Sequence record: PZ154896.1
Reading direction: 5' to 3' (one strand)
Origin: a phage
Length of the DNA: 64,000 bases
Part shown: one piece after another, positions 8,650 through 17,101 of the stretch
Position numbering within the stretch: the first letter of the stretch is position 1
Layout of the letters: every line of letters starts with the position of its first letter
The notes under the pieces: generated by a model
What the model was told of the DNA's origin: nothing
Seen by the model: only the letters and a program-made list of their open reading frames with translations
Databases searched by the model: none
Translations under genes and position numbers: made by a program

Positions 8650-10338
8650 TTATGAAACAGTCATTACAGTAAATCGTCCAACTTTGCTCATTTGAAGATG
8701 TTGTCCATAAGCTTGTGGGTCATGGTCTCTGTGACTAATTATAAACACGTTTGCATCGGTTAGAGAGTTAAGAATTGTTGAAATAGCTTTAATACCTTCA
8801 GAATCAGTCGCGGAATCCATGACTTCGTCCATAATTAATGTATTGATTCTAACACCAGAGACCTTTTCAGCAATATCTCGCCATGTAAACAACAATGCGA
8901 TATCGATACGCGCTTTTTCGCCTTGACTAAATGAAGCATAACTGAACTCTTCACGGCCACGTGATTTTATAGATTCATTGAATTCTTCATCAATAGAAAA
9001 CACGTAATCAGCTTCCATGATTTTAAGATAATGGTTAATCTGCTTGTTGAACAGAGGCACATATTTTTTAATGATAGCACCTTTAATACCGGAATCTTTT
9101 AACATATCTGTGATAATACCACGATGGTATTTTTCAAGAACGATATCTGATTTTGTTTTAATGATTTTATCAAGTTCTTTTTGAAGCAAAGCTATCTCAT
9201 CAGCGTGGTCGATAAATTCCGCCGAGGCTTGTTCTATTGCAGCTTTAACTTTCTTAGCTTTATCAATAGTGGCAATCATTGCTTGTTTCTTGGTACGAAT
9301 ATCAGATGCAAGGTCCTGTTTAGTCTTAACATTAGCTCTATATTCGTCCACTAGGACACTCAGATTATCTCTGTGGCATGTAAGTTGCTCGAATGAGTGA
9401 TTACATTCATGAAGCTTATCGGTAATCTTAGTGACAATAGGATCACCCTGGTGCAACTGTGATGCACAAGTAGGACATGTACCACCATCATGATACATCT
9501 TAATAACTTTGTTATACGAGTCAATTTTAGATTTAATCAAGAATGCTTCTTGTCCTATCTTGTTGAATGCCTCAGTAGGGTCTTCGTCAAGAACGATATT
9601 AAGTAGACGCTCATTAGCTTCTTCGATTTCTGCTTTTAATGAACGAGCTTCTTTGGCTAGGTCGTCATACATGTTCTGTAGACGCGCTACGTTATCACCA
9701 GATAATTTCTTTTGACGTTCGATATTCTCGTTATAAATCTTAATTTGTTGGATAATACCATCTTTCTTGGCATCGAGAACTTGACCCTGGGAATTAAGTT
9801 CTCGAACTTGAGACTTATTGATTTTATCCATTTCGGCGAGTGTGCCGACTTCTAAAAGGTCTTCGACAAGTTTTCTACGAGCAGGGGTGCTAAGAGCCAT
9901 GAAAGGGGTATACCCTGCCGTCCCAAGCACAACGATTTGTTTAAAAGACGCGTATGACATTCCGATGCTACGTTCAAATTCTTCTTGGAAGTCACGACTG
10001 CTGGCAGATTCATCAAGACGAACACCGTCAACGGAGATTTCGAAAATATTGGGCTTTTGGCCACGTTTAATGAAGTATTTTTTACCATCGAATTCCATCC
10101 AAAGCTCAACTAAGAGCTCTTTCTTGTTCGTGCTATTAATGATTTGCCCTTTCTTAACATCACGAAATGGTTTACCGAAAAGTCCGAAAGTAATGGCTTC
10201 TAACATCGTAGATTTACCACCACCATTTTTACCTGTGATTAAGGTCTTTTGGACTTTATCTAATTGGATATCGATAAAATTTTGCCCAACAGACATTATA
10301 TTTTTATAACGAACACGATTTAATTTAAATGATTTCAT
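8650..10338 (-). CDS. 46: recombination endonuclease subunit gp46 (Rad50/SbcC-like ATPase)
   Basis: 562 aa; Walker A GKNGGGKST, central coiled coil, CPTC zinc hook, C-terminal signature/Walker B; collinear with T4 gp46. Confidence 0.95.
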   Translation of the reverse strand: MKSFKLNRVRYKNIMSVGQNFIDIQLDKVQKTLITGKNGGGKSTMLEAITFGLFGKPFRDVKKGQIINSTNKKELLVELWMEFDGKKYFIKRGQKPNIFEISVDGVRLDESASSRDFQEEFERSIGMSYASFKQIVVLGTAGYTPFMALSTPARRKLVEDLLEVGTLAEMDKINKSQVRELNSQGQVLDAKKDGIIQQIKIYNENIERQKKLSGDNVARLQNMYDDLAKEARSLKAEIEEANERLLNIVLDEDPTEAFNKIGQEAFLIKSKIDSYNKVIKMYHDGGTCPTCASQLHQGDPIVTKITDKLHECNHSFEQLTCHRDNLSVLVDEYRANVKTKQDLASDIRTKKQAMIATIDKAKKVKAAIEQASAEFIDHADEIALLQKELDKIIKTKSDIVLEKYHRGIITDMLKDSGIKGAIIKKYVPLFNKQINHYLKIMEADYVFSIDEEFNESIKSRGREEFSYASFSQGEKARIDIALLFTWRDIAEKVSGVRINTLIMDEVMDSATDSEGIKAISTILNSLTDANVFIISHRDHDPQAYGQHLQMSKVGRFTVMTVS

Positions 10339-10589
10339 ATGTATTCTCTTCGAATGAAGTCCTCTACATATTTTAACATGTCATCTCTATCAGCAAAATA
10401 TTCATCTAGTTCTGCGTACATAACAACACCCGGTGCGTACTCACAGGTAACATACATTGTTCCAAAGAAACGAGGAGTTGATTCCTCGTAATTCTCAGTC
10501 CATTCAACGATACCAATATAACCGTCACCAATACTAAATTCATGACGATGGATTTCGTAATCAGTCTTCGTCATTATACGCGTCCTCAA
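10335..10589 (-). CDS. hypothetical protein (T4 46.1 position)
   Basis: 84-aa ORF, ATGA overlap with gene 46. Confidence 0.55.
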   Translation of the reverse strand: MRTRIMTKTDYEIHRHEFSIGDGYIGIVEWTENYEESTPRFFGTMYVTCEYAPGVVMYAELDEYFADRDDMLKYVEDFIRREYI

Positions 10590-10818
10590 TACACGCTTCA
10601 GCCATTTTAAGAATAGAGCCAGGAGTATCGTCGTCCATTATATTAAAGCTAAATTCAATAGCCCAGTCGGTGCAGACATGAACTGCTTTAACTTCATTGC
10701 CTTCAACGCGTAATGGCTCAATCCAATACTTGATAGTGTTCTCAAATCCATCATCGTCTTTAACGTCCATTTCAACTTCAAGCCTGAGTCCAGCATTGTT
10801 AAATTCATCTAAAGTCAT
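10561..10818 (-). CDS. hypothetical protein (T4 46.2 position)
   Basis: 85-aa acidic ORF between 46.1 and 47. Confidence 0.55.
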   Translation of the reverse strand: MTLDEFNNAGLRLEVEMDVKDDDGFENTIKYWIEPLRVEGNEVKAVHVCTDWAIEFSFNIMDDDTPGSILKMAEACIEDAYNDED

Positions 10819-11834
10819 TGTGTTGCCTCAATATAAAGTTCGTTGGAATATTTGACCAGCGCTTCTCTGTCTTCGTCTGAGATATCTGGAATCGCGTCAA
10901 TATATTCTTTAATGATATCTTGAAGTGATTTAATCTCGATTTCCTGGTCATCATCAGATTCAACACTGTTATCAACTTTAGAAACCATACGAAGAGAGTG
11001 AACTACTTTTTCAAGTTCAGATTCAAACTTAGTCAACTCTGAATCAATTTCTGATACTATAACACGTAAGGCTAGATTAGTATAATCAGAATAATTGATT
11101 TTGCCTTTAAACGGATAAGTGATTCGTCGATGCCATGTTGTTTCATTAGGAATAAATTCCATACGTTCAACATCAGTGTCAAATACCCAGAATCCGCGCG
11201 GGTCGTTCTCATCACCTGCAGTAAGTGTCCATGGTGTCCCAATATATTTAACGTTAGCAGCTTCAGAGATTGTGTGGAAGTGGCCGGACCAGACTTGTTT
11301 ATAGGTCTTTAAGAAATCAGGTTCAAGCCCATGAGACTTCATTCCTTTATAGAAATAAAAGCCGTTCAGTTCCCAGTGACCAACACAATACGCGGCAGAA
11401 GAAGTCTTGATGTGCTCTAAGATTTCACCTGTATTTTCTTCACACATCCATGGAACGATATCAATTAGACATCCGTCAAAATCTACAGTAGTTGGATGCT
11501 CATAAATAGTAAAGTTTTCAAATTGAGTTAACAATTCAGAAACAGTGTTAGGTGTTATTGTATTCTTGAACGCCATGTCATGGTTTCCTATCGTGACATG
11601 AACGTGAATGCCTGCTTTAGAAATCATATCAACGATTTCACGATTGAATTCCATTGTACGATGTGTTATTGCTTTACGGACGTCAAACCAATCACCGTAC
11701 TGAATCCAAGTTTTAATCCCGTGTTTCTTAGAGTATTCAATTGCTTGACGAATACCATCACGTTGAATATCTTGAACCCATGGGTCGTCTTGTTTGACTC
11801 CGATATGGAAGTCGCCTAAGTGCAAAATTTTCAT
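10815..11834 (-). CDS. 47: recombination nuclease subunit gp47 (Mre11/SbcD-like)
   Basis: 339 aa; phosphoesterase motifs LGDFH, GDWFD, GNHD, GHFH; same length as T4 gp47. Confidence 0.95.
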   Translation of the reverse strand: MKILHLGDFHIGVKQDDPWVQDIQRDGIRQAIEYSKKHGIKTWIQYGDWFDVRKAITHRTMEFNREIVDMISKAGIHVHVTIGNHDMAFKNTITPNTVSELLTQFENFTIYEHPTTVDFDGCLIDIVPWMCEENTGEILEHIKTSSAAYCVGHWELNGFYFYKGMKSHGLEPDFLKTYKQVWSGHFHTISEAANVKYIGTPWTLTAGDENDPRGFWVFDTDVERMEFIPNETTWHRRITYPFKGKINYSDYTNLALRVIVSEIDSELTKFESELEKVVHSLRMVSKVDNSVESDDDQEIEIKSLQDIIKEYIDAIPDISDEDREALVKYSNELYIEATQ

Positions 11835-11879
11835 ATTATTTCCTCATTAGTTAATTCATTCTATCATCCGTTTATAAAG

Positions 11880-11906
11880 CAAAAAAAAGGAACTCCGAAG
11901 AGTTCC
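11880..11906 (-). terminator. rho-independent terminator (UUCG tetraloop)
   Basis: Minus-sense GGAACUC-UUCG-GAGUUCC followed by UUUUUUUUGC. Confidence 0.6.
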
Positions 11907-12079
11907 TATCCACATAGTACACCGTACAAAGGCTCATTTGAACTTTTAAATCGAATGGGCTTGTATGTAATAGTTCCTTCGGCTTTAGCTTTATCATAAG
12001 ACTCTTTAAAACGTCTCATTCTTTCTGCTTTGCCTTTACGGATTTTATCGAAATTTTCAGAGGTCAGGTCGTTCGTCAT
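11906..12079 (-). CDS. small hypothetical protein (57 aa)
   Basis: ATG at 12077-12079, stop TAG at 11906-11908; terminator directly at its 3' end. Below ORF-track cutoff. Confidence 0.35.
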   Translation of the reverse strand: MTNDLTSENFDKIRKGKAERMRRFKESYDKAKAEGTITYKPIRFKSSNEPLYGVLCG

Positions 12080-12118
12080 GCACAATCACCTCTCAGAAAA
12101 TACCTAAATCGATTTCTC

Positions 12119-12340
12119 TCATCGTTTCCACCATTTCTTAACTTGAAATGAATCAACCCACACGAGTTGTTTTGGGTCTGCCTTTACAATAGGTGGACAA
12201 ATTTCTGTAATAGAACTGTCGTGATATTCCTTTTCAGAGATTTTAACACAAAGAGGACCTCCCAATTTAAGGGTGAACCCTGCGTTCAGCTTCAGACGTT
12301 TAAACTTTGTTTGAACTAGCGCCATTAATGATGTCCTCAA
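12119..12340 (-). CDS. hypothetical protein
   Basis: 73-aa ORF overlapping next ORF by about 40 nt; start uncertain. Confidence 0.3.
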   Translation of the reverse strand: MRTSLMALVQTKFKRLKLNAGFTLKLGGPLCVKISEKEYHDSSITEICPPIVKADPKQLVWVDSFQVKKWWKR

Positions 12341-12623
12341 TAGCCTGACGAGTAGTAACCCACTGGATTTTAATTAACTTGTCATTATATGGTTGTCGTA
12401 GAATATCCCGAGATTTCTTAATAGCATATTCGTAAGCTTCGAAGTTGTTTTGAATTGCTGCTTCTTGAGCATGAGCATAAAGACGGTTTAGTTCAAAACG
12501 ATTCTTTTTAAGAATCTTTTCGGATTTTTTACGTGCTTCAGCTTCATTTTTCTTTTGGATTTCTTGTAGCATTTTAGCTACTGCATCTTCTGCTTCTTTA
12601 TTTTCAATAATCTCGGTAGTCAT
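12300..12623 (-). CDS. hypothetical coiled-coil protein
   Basis: 107-aa ORF, Lys/Glu-rich helical. Confidence 0.5.
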   Translation of the reverse strand: MTTEIIENKEAEDAVAKMLQEIQKKNEAEARKKSEKILKKNRFELNRLYAHAQEAAIQNNFEAYEYAIKKSRDILRQPYNDKLIKIQWVTTRQAIEDIINGASSNKV

Positions 12624-12624
12624 A

Positions 12625-12834
12625 TTATCTCATTAAATTAAAATAAAAACGTCCATCCTCTTCAATACAGAACTCATACTCAACTGGAGTCCCATTTATC
12701 GAAAATGACACGTCATGTGGGTTCAAAGGGTCGATGTCAAAATTAATTTTAAATTCACGACCCAACAGTTTTACCAAATAAGGGATTGCTTCGTCAAAAG
12801 GTTCTTCTAAGTAGTTAGAGATGTCAATTGTCAT
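12625..12834 (-). CDS. hypothetical protein
   Basis: Start moved to ATG 12832-12834 (MTIDISN) so overlap with gene 55 is only 11 nt. Confidence 0.45.
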   Translation of the reverse strand: MTIDISNYLEEPFDEAIPYLVKLLGREFKINFDIDPLNPHDVSFSINGTPVEYEFCIEEDGRFYFNLMR

Positions 12835-13381
12835 CCTCATATAAAAAATCCAAACTAGGCGAATCGCTAACAACTTCCTTCTTTTCAGCCCCAGGAGCTT
12901 TATAAGCGGATTCTTCATAATGCGTCATTTTATCGTAGATGTCTTGAATAAACGTTTCATCTACCAACGCTACCATATCATCGTCATGACTGTCGTAGAC
13001 ATTATGAACGAAGTAACTATATTTCTTTGCAACTTCCTTACGTTCTTTTTTGATACGTTGGACAAAAGCATTAAAACAAGCTCGAGTTATGTATGCATGT
13101 GGGTTATTGTACTTAGTTTCGTCGAAATTATGAAGTCCCTTAATAGAGGCTTCAATCCCATCTGCAATCATCTCCTGCTTCCAAGACTGGGTATATCCTG
13201 AAAAGTTGAAACGTTTGGACAGGCCTTCGGCGATAAGCATAATTGCTAAACCGATGGTATCATTCTGACGAATAATTTTGTTTGGGTCTTTATTATTTAA
13301 GAGCTCCTTTTTCCACTCGATTATAGCGGCGAGAAGCTCTTTATTATTCACATAATTATTTTTAGGTTTTTGTTCAGTCAT
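12824..13381 (-). CDS. 55: late-transcription sigma factor gp55
   Basis: 185 aa; about 90% identical to T4 gp55 from memory ([39 protein letters not shown]). Confidence 0.95.
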   Translation of the reverse strand: MTEQKPKNNYVNNKELLAAIIEWKKELLNNKDPNKIIRQNDTIGLAIMLIAEGLSKRFNFSGYTQSWKQEMIADGIEASIKGLHNFDETKYNNPHAYITRACFNAFVQRIKKERKEVAKKYSYFVHNVYDSHDDDMVALVDETFIQDIYDKMTHYEESAYKAPGAEKKEVVSDSPSLDFLYEDDN

Positions 13382-13402
13382 AAGTACCTCTTAGCTCAAT
13401 TC

Positions 13403-13437
13403 ATAGGTCTATTATATCATAATATTTAGAGACCTAT
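13403..13437 (-). promoter_or_regulatory. palindrome with TATAAT (upstream of gene 55)
   Basis: ATAGGTCT...AGACCTAT inverted repeat; -35 element not obvious. Confidence 0.3.
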
Positions 13438-13536
13438 CTTAAAGCACGAGATACTATCAAAGATACGTAACTTTCATAAAGTTGTCGACTTAAAATTCAC
13501 CAAACTTTTCTTCGGTTATAGCGATTCAAGATAGTT

Positions 13537-13764
13537 TCATTCTATTTCCTTTGCTGCAAATAAGGCAGCATCCAACGAATCAAATTGGTCAACGAAATCA
13601 ATATTCAACGCATCGTCAACCGTAGCATATAACCACCATTGTTTGAATTCATATTCTAGGATAAATCCAGGCCCTTCAATCTGAGGAAGACCTAGGCTAT
13701 TTGTACCAACTTCGTAACCAGCTAGACGCAGGTCATTAATCAAAGTTTCTGTTAATACGCTCAT
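13537..13764 (-). CDS. hypothetical protein
   Basis: 75-aa acidic ORF. Confidence 0.5.
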   Translation of the reverse strand: MSVLTETLINDLRLAGYEVGTNSLGLPQIEGPGFILEYEFKQWWLYATVDDALNIDFVDQFDSLDAALFAAKEIE

Positions 13765-14093
13765 TTTACCGCCTTAACAATTTTCAGGTCAACGAATTTT
13801 TTCTTACGTTGATTTTTCATACGACGGATAGTTTTTTCAGAGATTTCATGTTTCTGATAAGCTTTAGATTCAACACCAAATGCAGCAACGTCAAATTCAG
13901 AAAGAATATATTGTACTAGAATTTCGCGAATAGAATTACGTCCAATTTTCTGGTCGTGTTTTTGCATGATTTCATAAAGACGGAATTCCCACGCGTCAAG
14001 AACTTGAGGAGTAACAATATTGCCGGATTCAAGAAGAGCAACAACTTTATCGAAAGCGAAAGAATTAACTACATTTTTGATTTTAGTAGACAT
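13761..14093 (-). CDS. hypothetical protein
   Basis: Start moved to ATG 14091-14093 (MSTKIKN); the ORF-track start lies inside the upstream promoter palindrome. Confidence 0.5.
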   Translation of the reverse strand: MSTKIKNVVNSFAFDKVVALLESGNIVTPQVLDAWEFRLYEIMQKHDQKIGRNSIREILVQYILSEFDVAAFGVESKAYQKHEISEKTIRRMKNQRKKKFVDLKIVKAVK

Positions 14094-14124
14094 ATTATTT
14101 TCCTCGGTTGTTTTATTATCCAAT

Positions 14125-14160
14125 GAGAGCATTATACTCTGCTCTCAAGAGTTTGTGCAT
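14125..14160 (-). promoter_or_regulatory. early-promoter cassette (GAGAGCA/TGCTCTC palindrome around TATAAT)
   Basis: Near-identical 46-bp copy at 44749-44797. Confidence 0.4.
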
Positions 14161-14399
14161 TATTTCGTGATAAGATAATGTAAATAGTTTGCTTGACGAA
14201 CACTGATATCAACACCCATATCAAAGATACCTTTATAGAACGGGTATTTGTTTTCAGTAGAATCTAGACTAAAAGCCTTTCCACCACAACTAACGGTAAT
14301 AGCATCAGTTAAAGTGTCATATACAAACTTAATAGTTGAACCATTCACTACGACTTCAAGACGTTTTTTCGATGTAGTAATGTCTAATTCTTGTTCCAT
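14160..14399 (-). CDS. hypothetical protein
   Basis: 79-aa ORF. Confidence 0.5.
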   Translation of the reverse strand: MEQELDITTSKKRLEVVVNGSTIKFVYDTLTDAITVSCGGKAFSLDSTENKYPFYKGIFDMGVDISVRQANYLHYLITK

Positions 14400-14462
14400 G
14401 ATATTTTCCTCATTTTAAGATGATAGGAAGATAATAACATGTCTTCCTATCGTTGTACATTA

Positions 14463-14675
14463 TTAACCGAACTTTTTAGCGCCTTTCCAGCCTTCGTACA
14501 TAACTGCACAAGTCAGTAGTACAGCGTGCTGGCATTCTTTGTATTTGTAAATCCAGAACCAACGTAAAAAGTCTTCATCATCAACACCGTTGAGTTTCAT
14601 ATTGGCAAAGAATTCGGCACGTTCTTCACGAAGTTGCCATGACACAATATTTTCAGGATTCATTTTGTGTTCCAC
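14463..14675 (-). CDS. hypothetical protein
   Basis: 70-aa ORF. Confidence 0.5.
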   Translation of the reverse strand: MEHKMNPENIVSWQLREERAEFFANMKLNGVDDEDFLRWFWIYKYKECQHAVLLTCAVMYEGWKGAKKFG

Positions 14676-14794
14676 GCCCCATTTTCATCGATGAACTTAA
14701 TCCAGTCATTTACAGACCATTTAGTTGTATCACCCTTTGGATTAGCATTTAAAGTATATAATCCCTGCTTAAAAAGCATTCGTTTGATATTCAT
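14660..14794 (-). CDS. small hypothetical protein (44 aa)
   Basis: Start moved to ATG 14792-14794 with SD GAGGA; avoids 86-nt overlap with upstream ORF. Confidence 0.35.
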   Translation of the reverse strand: MNIKRMLFKQGLYTLNANPKGDTTKWSVNDWIKFIDENGAWNTK

Positions 14795-14801
14795 AATTTC
14801 C

Positions 14802-15122
14802 TCAACTGTAACGATAACATTCGTTAGCTTTACGTTTGGCTTCAGTATGAGAAGTATTATAATCATAATCTTCTTTACTGTAAACATCTTTTTTCAACTT
14901 ACGAACTTCTTTGCGAAGTTGTCGATTCATTTCATTCTTGACTTCAGAATCAACGCCTTTCATACGTTTCCATTTATCTGAGCGGAAAATGTTTTCAACC
15001 ATGTCTTTGTGGCTAACACCGTCAGGAGCTTTACGTTTACCAAAATAGTCGTAATCACGAACTTTCAAATCTTTACGACGATACGTTTTACCCATAAGTA
15101 CCTCAGAGGTTGATTGATACAA
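14802..15122 (-). CDS. hypothetical basic protein
   Basis: 106-aa Lys/Arg-rich ORF. Confidence 0.45.
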   Translation of the reverse strand: MYQSTSEVLMGKTYRRKDLKVRDYDYFGKRKAPDGVSHKDMVENIFRSDKWKRMKGVDSEVKNEMNRQLRKEVRKLKKDVYSKEDYDYNTSHTEAKRKANECYRYS

Positions 15123-15351
15123 TGCGTTTGATAAAATTCACTTCACTTACTGAAAGGTCTTTAAGACCGATTGATTCTAAACGCTGAGTAAGCGTCAACA
15201 TTGGGATATAGTCCCAGTGTGTTTTAGACGTTTGATAAGTATGGACGCCATTAGCAATTTCAACATGCAAATCGGAAATGGTAACGAATACTGGACGCTC
15301 ATCATTAACTTTAAGGGTTAGAACAACTTTCTTTGAATCTAAACTAATCAT
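15103..15351 (-). CDS. hypothetical protein
   Basis: 82-aa ORF. Confidence 0.5.
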   Translation of the reverse strand: MISLDSKKVVLTLKVNDERPVFVTISDLHVEIANGVHTYQTSKTHWDYIPMLTLTQRLESIGLKDLSVSEVNFIKRIVSINL

Positions 15352-15650
15352 GGCTTAATTTCCTTCGCAATTGAACAGAAGATACCGCGGTCACAAAGCG
15401 TTTCACCAATTTCTGGATATTTGATTGAACGGTACCAAACATCCAGGCTTGAAACTCTGGTTATCTGTACTGCATTACCATTGACAGAATAGTACTGGTC
15501 GACCTTAATTTCTTTATCTTCAATTGTCATTTTATTTTCCTCTATAGTAGATGGTTTAATCTTAACACATCTATTGAGGATGTAAACTGTTTTATGAAAA
15601 TATTTTCGATTTGAGAGGGGCACAAGGAGATAGTGAAGTGAAGATTCCAA
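15348..15650 (-). CDS. hypothetical protein
   Basis: 100-aa ORF, ATGA overlap with downstream gene. Confidence 0.5.
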   Translation of the reverse strand: MESSLHYLLVPLSNRKYFHKTVYILNRCVKIKPSTIEENKMTIEDKEIKVDQYYSVNGNAVQITRVSSLDVWYRSIKYPEIGETLCDRGIFCSIAKEIKP

Positions 15651-15660
15651 TGGATTATAT

Positions 15661-15697
15661 TAGAAATGAGATAAAGAAGACCAGGCGGCACCTGGTC
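15661..15697 (-). terminator. putative terminator hairpin
   Basis: GACCAGG-(5-nt loop)-CCUGGUC stem followed by a U-rich tract on minus strand, at the 3' end of the glutaredoxin-like gene. Confidence 0.4.
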
Positions 15698-16019
15698 AAT
15701 CTTCTATGATATCAGAGTCATATCCTAATGAAATCAAGGACTTTTTAAACTCTGCAATATTCTTTTGTTTCTTATCATTTAAAAATATGACAGGATAACG
15801 AATATTAAGTGAAGTGAATCCTGCACGTTTAGCAAGAGATACGATTAAAGGACGGTCATATTCAATCTTACCATTATTAGTGAGGACTTTATAAAATGTA
15901 TAAGGAGCATTGAGCTCCTTTAAAAGTTTTGTAACAGTATAACATCCCGGACAACGTCCTACTTCTTCAGGGATGCCATAAATTTCAATCTTGTTCTTTA
16001 AGTTCGAGTTTTGTTCCAC
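15696..16019 (-). CDS. nrdH: glutaredoxin/thioredoxin-fold protein (NrdH-like)
   Basis: KIEIYGIPEEVGRCPGCY has a CxxC redox motif; sits upstream of nrdG/nrdD. Start uncertain (GTG at 16017-16019 proposed; ORF track extends to 16148 in the frame that overlaps the next gene). Confidence 0.5.
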   Translation of the reverse strand: MEQNSNLKNKIEIYGIPEEVGRCPGCYTVTKLLKELNAPYTFYKVLTNNGKIEYDRPLIVSLAKRAGFTSLNIRYPVIFLNDKKQKNIAEFKKSLISLGYDSDIIED

Positions 16020-16302
16020 GAGAAATAATTCCTTGGTAAGCCCAATAAGGAGGATTAACAGAATCCTCACCAGAGTTTTCTTCAGGAAAATAAACCTGGA
16101 TAACAAATCCGGATGCATCAAAGGTAAAATAAACCGTAGGTAATTCACCTAACAATTCGGCATGAGCATTAATTTCTTCGAGATCTCGTTCACGCCCAGC
16201 CCAAAAACTAGGATTTAGACTACATTCATAGAAATAATAGTCATTACCGAACATATCAAAACCTTTCCAACTCTCTACCACATACTGCTCAAAACTAATC
16301 AT
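15985..16302 (-). CDS. hypothetical protein
   Basis: 105-aa acidic ORF. Confidence 0.5.
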   Translation of the reverse strand: MISFEQYVVESWKGFDMFGNDYYFYECSLNPSFWAGRERDLEEINAHAELLGELPTVYFTFDASGFVIQVYFPEENSGEDSVNPPYWAYQGIISRGTKLELKEQD

Positions 16303-16304
16303 AA

Positions 16305-16520
16305 TTAAGCCTTTTTATCAAGAACAGAATTCAGTTTATTAGTAATTTTGTCCAAACGTTCATTGAATTCGCTGGAGGATAAACCCTTTTCCGGAGAAAT
16401 TAAACTAATCAAGAAAAATACAACAGTAAAAGGAATAAGAAAAATAGCTCCAACTGCCATAAACAGAAAGAATGTTACAGTTGTAAGAAAATCAGCTAAA
16501 CCTTTACGAAATTTATACAT
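16305..16520 (-). CDS. small membrane protein
   Basis: 71 aa with one hydrophobic helix (FLFMAVGAIFLIPFTVVFFLISLI). Confidence 0.5.
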   Translation of the reverse strand: MYKFRKGLADFLTTVTFFLFMAVGAIFLIPFTVVFFLISLISPEKGLSSSEFNERLDKITNKLNSVLDKKA

Positions 16521-16630
16521 ATTTACCCTTAATTAACTAAGCATTGATAAGCACTAAACTATATTGCGAATAAAATTCTGGACCAAAACGAAAAATCATG
16601 TCATTTATAGTATCCATAATGTAATTCAAT

Positions 16631-17101
16631 TTAATCATGTTTCCACACCCCATCGGTATTTGACCAAAGTCGCTGATTATCTGATCCTCGCCACAGCTTT
16701 TTAGTCGGAAGATTTTTCTCGTACTTCCCATCAATAATAACATCAACATATTTAAGCATTTCTAGTTGTTTAATATCTTCAAACTTATATCCTGTCCACA
16801 ACCAAATGCTTTTATTGGGATAAAGATTTTTTACTGTTTGAACGATGCAATGAACAACATCTCTGTTGTCAGGATAGAGAGGGTCACCTCCGGTTATAGT
16901 CAATCCTTCTATATAATCATTATTCAAACATTCAATTAATTGTTCTAGTGTCTCTCCAGTGAATGGAATGCCATTTCTAGCATTCCATGTTGATTTATTA
17001 TAACACCCTTCGCATTTATGCAAACAACCTGTAACGAAAAGAACGACCCTGCATCCAGAGCCATTCACAAAATCGCAGGGATAAAATCTATCGTAATTCA
17101 T
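16631..17101 (-). CDS. nrdG: anaerobic ribonucleotide reductase activating protein NrdG
   Basis: 156 aa; radical-SAM-type Cys cluster CLHKCEGC; ATGA-coupled to nrdD. Confidence 0.9.
   Translation of the reverse strand: MNYDRFYPCDFVNGSGCRVVLFVTGCLHKCEGCYNKSTWNARNGIPFTGETLEQLIECLNNDYIEGLTITGGDPLYPDNRDVVHCIVQTVKNLYPNKSIWLWTGYKFEDIKQLEMLKYVDVIIDGKYEKNLPTKKLWRGSDNQRLWSNTDGVWKHD

Noticed and set aside
9818-10309. 163-aa plus-strand ORF inside gene 46
   Set aside because: Antisense to conserved Rad50-like gp46.
16537-16749. 70-aa minus-strand ORF overlapping the 3' end of nrdG in another frame
   Set aside because: Overlaps conserved nrdG coding sequence; no independent signals.
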